Notes under the pieces: generated by a model
Told to the model about the DNA's origin: nothing
The model's input: only the letters and a program-made list of their open reading frames with translations
The model's database searches: none
Source: Octopus sinensis
Lineage: Eukaryota
Reading direction: 5' to 3'
Length of the DNA: 64,000 nucleotides
NCBI RefSeq assembly: GCF_006345805.1
Contig: NC_042999.1
Span: 75,020,001-75,084,000, forward strand
Shown here: one piece after another, positions 61,301 to 64,000 of the stretch
How the letters are laid out: every line of letters begins with the position of its first letter
How positions within the stretch are numbered: the first letter of the stretch is position 1
Made by a program: the position numbers and the translations under genes

Positions 61301-63215
61301 AACTTCAAGTTATTATTTACAGGTTGTTTTCTTTTATAGGTTGTTTTATTTCCGCATGTTGTTTTGCAAATTCTCATGAGTTTACTAGTTTAAATGTATG
61401 CCTTGTATGCTCCCTTCATATCTTCTCTTTTTCTAATTATATTTTTGCTTTCTCATGGGATTCAGTTAATTTACCTTTCTACTTTTGGAATATTTGCTTC
61501 TCTTGCATTATCATGTGCATTTATGATATTATTGTTAATATGGTTGGCAGTTGTTATATCATTTAATATTTGTGGTGATGGATGTCATAACTTGTAATAA
61601 AACTGAAAGAAAAATTAATAGTATAGAAATGGGATATCACTGAGATAAATGCCTTGGTATCAATTTAAAAACTTAACATGCTGTTTGAATTTCATTTGTC
61701 TGAGGTTGCTGAAATAAACAACAGTACCACAAAGGAGCTGCAGTTAATCAACTCATCTTAGTATTAAAACAAGAAGACAAACATGATAGCTTATACCTCA
61801 TCAAATTTTTTAATATTATTCTTTACTATCAACTCTTACAGTTTATTGAAATATGACACTACCTAATGCCTAGCAAACAATCTATGCCTTCATCATGGTG
61901 AGAGAGCATGTGACCTTAGCTGCATCATTCCTGATGAAGCAAACCTATTTAAGTTTTAAAGTTGTTATTGTTTGGTTACCAAGTGTGTGATCTATCATTA
62001 CCTTTAGTTTCCAACAAGATCATTAAGATTACCAGACTAAATATGTTTAAACACTTATTTTTATGAAATTTTACTATAATTAATATATTCTCTTTCCTTT
62101 CTTTATAACTTTATAATTTCAAGTTTGTGAAGATGGTGAAGTGAAATGTCCTTCAATTCGCAATGGAAGCACACATAAAGATGTATGTATCCGCCGTGAA
62201 AGTTTATGTGATGGAGAAATTGACTGTGAAGGTGGCACCGATGAAAAGAATTGCGGTAAGAAGATAGATATCTTGCTTTTTATTACAGTATCAGATGATT
62301 TTGTCATTTAGTAAGTTTACCATGTTGACCAAATATGATGTTTTGGGAAAACATTTGTATAAAGGAATCCAAAAGTAGCTTAGGCTACAAGATGTAGAGA
62401 ATAACACTTGATGCAGTATGATATGTGAAAAACAAAGTATTCTGATACAAAACATTTCATTTAGAACATTACTGCATTACATGCTGTACACCATATCACA
62501 GTTCACCTATCATGGTTCACCTATCACAGTTTATTATTTAAGCTTACGTTGATTCCTCTCTGGTGTTGTGTTGCATTTATAATAAAATAAATATATACAA
62601 ATTTTAAAACTTAAAAAAATACAGTACTGTTTCTGCTTCACAGATTTTCACCTAGCATGGGGAATTTTGGAATGTAACACCCACTGTAGTTGAGGGGTTA
62701 ATGTATTACTTAGCATTTTTATTTCCAATTTGAGCTATGCCAATGCTCAAAGTCAATTCTACAAAATCTACTAATCCACTTGATTAGTCTCATTTTCAGT
62801 TTGAATATAGAAATTTTAAATTGAAAAAACTTAGGTAACATGAAACTTCTTCGATAATTTTATTTTTTATAAAGAGGAAGAAACAATCATGGAAATTAAA
62901 CTGCATAGAAATTAAAACTGCTGGATTGTCAACAATTGCATGAGAAATAAAATAAACTTCAATCAGGAACTGAAATATGTGGGATACAAATAATTGCACA
63001 TAAAACAGAATAACTTCAACTATAAATTAAATTGACTGGATTGACATGATAAGTAGATGTTTTAAGGATGATCTGTTTTTTTATTTTTAATCTTCTGCTC
63101 TCAGCTCAATTTGAAGACCAACAGTGGCAATGCAGAAATAAGAAATACATCGAAAAAGGTTTACGTTGTGATGGTACAAAAGATTGTGATGATGGCTCAG
63201 ATGAATTCAATTGCT
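1720..63215 (+). CDS. Partial multi-exon gene (20 exons, 1201 codons, both ends outside window): MAM / LDL-receptor class A / SRCR mosaic extracellular protein, MALRD1-like domain content
   Basis: join(1720-1878,6485-6835,9093-9191,11910-12254,17284-17427,18154-18290,28062-28260,33309-33419,34616-34930,40359-40466,41923-42030,43252-43575,46322-46432,48274-48408,48845-49150,51286-51399,54942-55089,59012-59157,62124-62255,63105-63215). Every exon has a polypyrimidine-AG acceptor and a GT donor. Phases chain without frameshift, the total of 3603 nt is divisible by 3, and domain motifs continue across junctions. Confidence 0.88.
2213..2428. repeat. Foldback inverted repeat A: perfect 72-bp arms
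   Basis: 2226-2297 is the exact reverse complement of 2345-2416 (47-nt spacer). Eleven more pairs follow outward after one mismatch. Confidence 0.95.
3063..3144 (-). ncRNA. Type I minimal hammerhead ribozyme motif with a G5A core substitution
   Basis: Minus strand reads CATC CTAACGA GGGGAGTGTCAATT...AATTGGCGCATCTCC GAAACGGCCCGTA GATG: 4-bp helix I, 14-bp helix II with one bulge, quasi-palindromic helix III. Confidence 0.7.
3485..3557 (+). pseudogene. tRNA-Phe(GAA) pseudogene
   Basis: GCTGAAATAGCTCAGCTGGGAGAGAATTAGACTGAAGATCTAAAGGTCTCTGGTTTAAACCCAGGTTTTACCA, 73 nt. The anticodon arm TTAGA-CTGAAGA-TCTAA is intact. There are mismatches in the acceptor and D stems, and TTC>TTT in the T loop/B box. 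Confidence 0.85.
3757..3984 (-). mobile_element. tRNA-derived SINE, same family as 935-1161
   Basis: Near-identical sequence to 935-1161. Confidence 0.75.
5431..5792. repeat. Foldback inverted repeat B: about 170-bp arms, 18-nt loop
   Basis: 5431-5602 pairs with 5621-5792. The innermost 30 bp are perfect and the outer part is roughly 85 percent identical. Confidence 0.9.
6485..6835 (+). CDS. Exon 2: MAM1 C-terminal part
   Basis: ttgcag|GATAC...CCCTG|gtaatg, phase 1-1. Encodes GYYMYADAS...[15 protein letters not shown]...W...GDIAIDNV...GCP. Confidence 0.95.
9093..9191 (+). CDS. Exon 3: MAM2 N-terminal part
   Basis: ctgcag|GTCCT...AAGCG|gtaaat, 99 nt, phase 1-1. Encodes [14 protein letters not shown]...W. 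Confidence 0.88.
9247..10336 (-). mobile_element. Decayed Tc1-family DNA transposon with TIRs
   Basis: TA|CAGTCATGACAAAAGTAAATAGACACCC at 9247-9274 versus the inverse at 10309-10336 (24/28). Minus-strand peptides [16 protein letters not shown] and [11 protein letters not shown] are Tc1 transposase-like, with frameshifts and stops. Confidence 0.85.
10920..11270 (-). mobile_element. tRNA-derived SINE with a central (CA)n tract
   Basis: Inverse of the two halves seen at 766-910 and 1210-1405. Confidence 0.7.
11359..11850 (+). mobile_element. Internally deleted Ty3/Gypsy-like LTR retrotransposon relic
   Basis: LTR-like TG...CA at 11359-11559 with AATAAA, then PBS-like GTGGCAACGAGG. A gag-like start at 11589 ([17 protein letters not shown]) is followed by pol-like [14 protein letters not shown]. 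Confidence 0.65.
11910..12254 (+). CDS. Exon 4: MAM2 C-terminal part
   Basis: ttacag|ACACA...AAAT|gtaaga, 345 nt. Encodes YLYIYS...VTFKYRMRG...[12 protein letters not shown]. Confidence 0.9.
12980..13700 (-). mobile_element. Decayed RTE LINE ORF2 C-terminal fragment
   Basis: Minus strand encodes [17 protein letters not shown] and aligns to 21000-21800. Confidence 0.8.
15501..15594. repeat. 22-bp minisatellite, about 4 copies
   Basis: The unit TAGTTCTGTGYTCTGGGCAG recurs at 15501, 15523, 15545 and 15567. Confidence 0.75.
17284..17427 (+). CDS. Exon 5: MAM3 N-terminal part
   Basis: caacag|TGGGT...CCAT|gtaagt, 144 nt. Encodes [25 protein letters not shown], parallel to exon 1. Confidence 0.85.
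17690..17955 (+). mobile_element. tRNA-derived SINE, third family
   Basis: A-box TGGCCTAGTGG followed by a B-box-like segment and TCTTGAGCAAAACACTT. Confidence 0.55.
18154..18290 (+). CDS. Exon 6: MAM3 middle part
   Basis: tttcag|ACTAT...TTCAG|gtatgg, phase 1-0. Encodes [12 protein letters not shown]...LYFDYY...GKLQ. Confidence 0.9.
18840..19560 (-). mobile_element. Decayed RTE LINE ORF2 fragment
   Basis: The minus [20 protein letters not shown]...[10 protein letters not shown]...GRGRSRKTW matches the + copy at 20951-21847. Confidence 0.88.
19811..22460 (+). mobile_element. Young 5'-truncated RTE-clade LINE: RT, PHD finger, 3' UTR and (GAT)n tail
   Basis: One reading frame over 19811-21847 with a single TGA at 20807-20809 (HQG*VLSP). 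RT motifs [17 protein letters not shown] and LYADD are present. No endonuclease domain; the copy begins inside a (TA)n tract. Confidence 0.95.
23000..23540. repeat. Cryptic (TG/CA/TA) low-complexity tract
   Basis: Alternating purine-pyrimidine sequence that produces spurious H/T/C/V/Y-rich ORFs. Confidence 0.8.
24033..24820. repeat. Foldback inverted repeat C: about 300-bp diverged arms with an internal tandem duplication
   Basis: ggcatgtataagataaaatc (about 24051) pairs with gattttatcttatacatgcc (about 24782). gtaataccattctc, aaagaggctat and others pair likewise. A unit of about 57 bp is duplicated at 24290-24410. Confidence 0.85.
25284..25491. mobile_element. Tc1/mariner-type MITE, 208 bp
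   Basis: TA|CAGGGCGACCCAGAAGTTGCACACCA...TGGTGCACGACTTCTGGGACACCCTG|TA, 26-bp TIRs with 5 mismatches. Confidence 0.85.
25561..25759. repeat. Foldback inverted repeat D: 95-bp arms, 9-nt loop
   Basis: 25561-25655 pairs with 25665-25759. I count 8 mismatches; the innermost 20 bp are perfect. Confidence 0.92.
26058..26127 (-). ncRNA. Degenerate type I minimal hammerhead motif
   Basis: Minus strand reads CTGTG CTGAAAT AGAGT...ACTCC AAAACGCGTA CACAG: perfect 5-bp helix I and palindromic ACGCGT helix III, but several core substitutions. Confidence 0.45.
26328..27710 (+). mobile_element. RTE LINE 3' fragment: end of RT, PHD finger and tail
   Basis: [23 protein letters not shown]...[11 protein letters not shown] in an open frame. 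The 3' tail has GGAAGGGCATCCAGC and (GAT)n. An 18-bp tandem AAGTACCCCGGATCCCCA lies at 27374-27440. Confidence 0.93.
27752..27959. mobile_element. Second copy of the 208-bp mariner-type MITE, in opposite orientation
   Basis: TA|CAGGGTGTCCCAGAAGTCG...GGACAGCCTG|TA. The internal sequence is the reverse complement of 25284-25491. Confidence 0.85.
28062..28260 (+). CDS. Exon 7: MAM3 C-terminal part
   Basis: tttcag|CTTCAT...GAAG|gtaaga, phase 0-1. Encodes WNSVCVNI...IVFTATRG...IGLTNV...CE. Confidence 0.9.
30585..30845. repeat. Degenerate minisatellite, unit about 15-16 bp (AAAWYTGGHTTYCAC-like)
   Basis: Recurrent aaatttggtttc / aaaacctggcctc / aaaatctggcttcac units. Confidence 0.75.
33309..33419 (+). 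CDS. Exon 8: MAM4 N-terminal part
   Basis: ttaaag|ACAGA...GATG|gtaagt, 111 nt. Encodes [13 protein letters not shown]...KW. The alternative AG at 33311-33312 gives the wrong frame. Confidence 0.85.
34616..34930 (+). CDS. Exon 9: MAM4 C-terminal part
   Basis: ctctag|GCTTT...TTAG|gtaagt, 315 nt. Encodes GFYM...LASP...SCVQIRY...W...[12 protein letters not shown]. Confidence 0.9.
35728..36177 (-). mobile_element. Non-autonomous Helitron-like element, 450 bp
   Basis: The minus strand begins A|TCTATAAAACTG and ends CTCGAGCAAAGCACAGG-TCAAAATAG-CTAG|T. This gives a 5' TC, a subterminal hairpin, a 3' CTAG and an A/T target. Confidence 0.7.
36930..38090 (+). mobile_element. Decayed RTE/BovB-like LINE 5' part: UTR and AP-endonuclease domain
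   Basis: [12 protein letters not shown]...YTFFCKGK...HGVG and IIISVYVPT...EQFYADLD...DKLVILG, with frameshifts. Confidence 0.75.
38385..38640 (-). mobile_element. Representative of the dispersed short element sharing the RTE 3' tail (GGAAGGGCATCC motif plus (GAT)n)
   Basis: Similar copies lie at 3575-3745(+), 12520-12700(-), 18360-18500(-), 19617-19760(+), 40510-40640(-), 44065-44230(-), 54000-54170(-) and 55420-55580(-). Confidence 0.7.
40359..40466 (+). CDS. Exon 10: LDLa repeat 1
   Basis: tttcag|AGTGT...TGCA|gtaagt. Encodes [36 protein letters not shown] (6 Cys plus DxSDE). Confidence 0.93.
41923..42030 (+). CDS. Exon 11: MAM5 N-terminal part
   Basis: tactag|GTTCT...CCTG|gtaagt, 108 nt. 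Encodes [13 protein letters not shown]...GW. Confidence 0.85.
43252..43575 (+). CDS. Exon 12: MAM5 C-terminal part
   Basis: ttacag|GTAGT...TTAA|gttagt, 324 nt. Encodes MLSP...SCVKFQY...[13 protein letters not shown]. Confidence 0.9.
46322..46432 (+). CDS. Exon 13: LDLa repeat 2
   Basis: ttacag|ATTGC...TGTT|gtaagt. Encodes [36 protein letters not shown]. Confidence 0.93.
48274..48408 (+). CDS. Exon 14: MAM6 N-terminal part (absent from the supplied ORF track)
   Basis: tttcag|CAAAA...AGTG|gtgaag, 135 nt. Encodes [13 protein letters not shown]...W...G...PKLDHS, a canonical MAM start. The donor is somewhat weak. Confidence 0.87.
48845..49150 (+). CDS. Exon 15: MAM6 C-terminal part
   Basis: ttgcag|GTCAT...AAAG|gtaaga, 306 nt. 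Encodes GHYV...SCLNFYY..FG...W..VNITL...VALDSV...GRC. Confidence 0.93.
49630..50470 (+). mobile_element. Decayed RTE/BovB-like LINE 3' fragment
   Basis: Remnant peptides [15 protein letters not shown] and [15 protein letters not shown]. Confidence 0.65.
51286..51399 (+). CDS. Exon 16: LDLa repeat 3
   Basis: taaaag|GTTGT...AATG|gtaaat. Encodes [36 protein letters not shown]. Confidence 0.93.
51560..52000 (-). mobile_element. Very old RTE-like LINE remnant; boundaries uncertain, probably extends toward 53100
   Basis: The minus-strand translation near 51650-51900 ([18 protein letters not shown]...[13 protein letters not shown]) follows the RTE post-RT pattern. Confidence 0.4.
54414..54647 (+). 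mobile_element. Composite element: tRNA-like head, (AAT)n/(AAC)n and a hammerhead-bearing tail
   Basis: A-box TGGCGTAGTGG at 54420-54430 and partial B-box GATTCC. CTGATGA-A-GGCTG...CTGCT-GAAACGTT-GTGTT lies at 54520-54560. Confidence 0.65.
54942..55089 (+). CDS. Exon 17: SRCR domain N-terminal half (absent from the supplied ORF track)
   Basis: atatag|GTACA...CCAG|gtaaat, phase 1-2. Encodes [22 protein letters not shown]...DICSQFG, matching SRCR RLVGG..GxVE..VC..C.QLG. Confidence 0.87.
55690..58760 (-). mobile_element. Decayed CR1/L2-group LINE: endonuclease remnant, RT and CT-rich 3' region
   Basis: Minus-strand [59 protein letters not shown] and [10 protein letters not shown], with several frameshifts. 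Confidence 0.92.
59012..59157 (+). CDS. Exon 18: SRCR domain C-terminal half
   Basis: ttacag|CGTCA...ACGG|gtaaga, phase 2-1, which complements exon 17. Ends [14 protein letters not shown], resembling the SRCR C.S...V.L.C terminus. Confidence 0.8.
59440..61200 (-). mobile_element. Old RTE-related LINE RT remnant (not in the ORF track)
   Basis: Minus strand reads [26 protein letters not shown]...[12 protein letters not shown] and [11 protein letters not shown], with many stops. Confidence 0.65.
59849..60068. mobile_element. piggyBac-type MITE, 220 bp, inserted in the old LINE
   Basis: TTAA|CTCTTTTG...CAAAAGGG|TTAA: TTAA target duplication and CCCTTT-type ends. Confidence 0.7.
62124..62255 (+). 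CDS. Exon 19: LDLa repeat 4 (absent from the supplied ORF track)
   Basis: ttcaag|TTTGT...TGCG|gtaaga. Encodes [43 protein letters not shown]. Confidence 0.92.
63105..63215 (+). CDS. Exon 20: LDLa repeat 5 (4-Cys variant)
   Basis: tctcag|CTCAA...TGCT|gtaagt. Encodes [36 protein letters not shown]. Confidence 0.9.
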
Positions 63216-63249
63216 GTAAGTTAAAAACAATTACACTCACGTTTGATAT

Positions 63250-63289
<40 letters not shown>

Positions 63290-63366
63290 AATAGATAGAT
63301 ATATAAAGTATGATTATTTAAAAAGTTTGAGATATCTTACAATCGTTTCATGAATGTATTACCCTT

Positions 63367-63410
<44 letters not shown>

Positions 63411-63513
63411 GGAGTAAACACATAAATGTGAAACAAGGTGAAAAAAAAGAGTACTCAAATACCAGAGGTAGAGTAATATGTTTTATTTAAAGCAGCAGAA
63501 AATTCAACAAAAT

Positions 63514-63551
63514 CTGTTACTCTGAGTTTCTCGTTGCCGTTCATCAGACAG
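63514..63551 (-). ncRNA. Type I minimal hammerhead ribozyme motif with an intact core
   Basis: Minus strand reads CTGT CTGATGA ACG GCAA CGA GAAACTCAGAGTA ACAG: 4-bp helix I, GNRA-capped helix II with an A-A mismatch at its base, ACTC-A-GAGT helix III and a GUA cleavage triplet. Confidence 0.75.
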
Positions 63552-64000
63552 TTTTTGTTAGAATAGAACCGATATATCAATTCAATCCAGACTCTTACAA
63601 ACGATACACCTTTAAAAAAATGGACTTGTTTGATTGGACCTTTAGAAATAACGGTCAATCTTCGAGCGATAAACAAAAAATGAGCTCAAAAATGTATATG
63701 TATATATATATATAAAAAAATTATAAAAATTATAAAATTCGAGGAAAAACCTTACATTGAATAAAATACATATTGACGTTAATGAAGGAAATATAATTAA
63801 TACATAGAAATTAAAATGCATTATAAATATTACACTGCAATACATATTCATATTAAAGTGTACATATATATATATCAACATACACAGAAGGATGCGTGCA
63901 AACGCCATACATATACAGACGTATAAATATAAATCTAAAATATACACACAAATGCATGCATACATATATATACGCAATCTATCTCGCACGCAAGATAAAA

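Noticed and set aside
1720-63215. Assigning the symbol MALRD1 or calling the gene enteropeptidase, corin or GRL101
   Set aside because: Domain content overlaps, but the order differs and the diagnostic termini are outside the window.

Overview
AT-rich, microsatellite-dense eukaryotic DNA. The repeat landscape (RTE LINEs, tRNA-derived SINEs, (TA)n/(GAT)n tracts) looks like an octopus or other coleoid cephalopod; this is an inference. The window lies inside one large + strand gene whose start and end are outside it. By hand I assembled 20 exons (1720-63215, 3603 nt, 1201 codons), all with AG/GT boundaries, consistent phases and no stop. They encode an extracellular mosaic protein: MAM-MAM-MAM-MAM-LDLa-MAM-LDLa-MAM-LDLa-SRCR-LDLa-LDLa (MALRD1-like domain content, orthology not established). 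The introns hold a young 5'-truncated RTE LINE with a PHD finger in ORF2, older RTE/CR1 LINE remnants, a Tc1 relic with TIRs, mariner-type and piggyBac-type MITEs, a non-autonomous Helitron, a Gypsy relic, many SINEs and a tRNA-Phe pseudogene. The least explained layer is a set of structured-RNA elements: four minimal type I hammerhead motifs, one behind a tRNA-like Pol III head; an HDV-like ribozyme candidate; and four long foldback hairpins, three beside a shared motif. All coordinates and pairings were read by eye, and no database search or folding was run.
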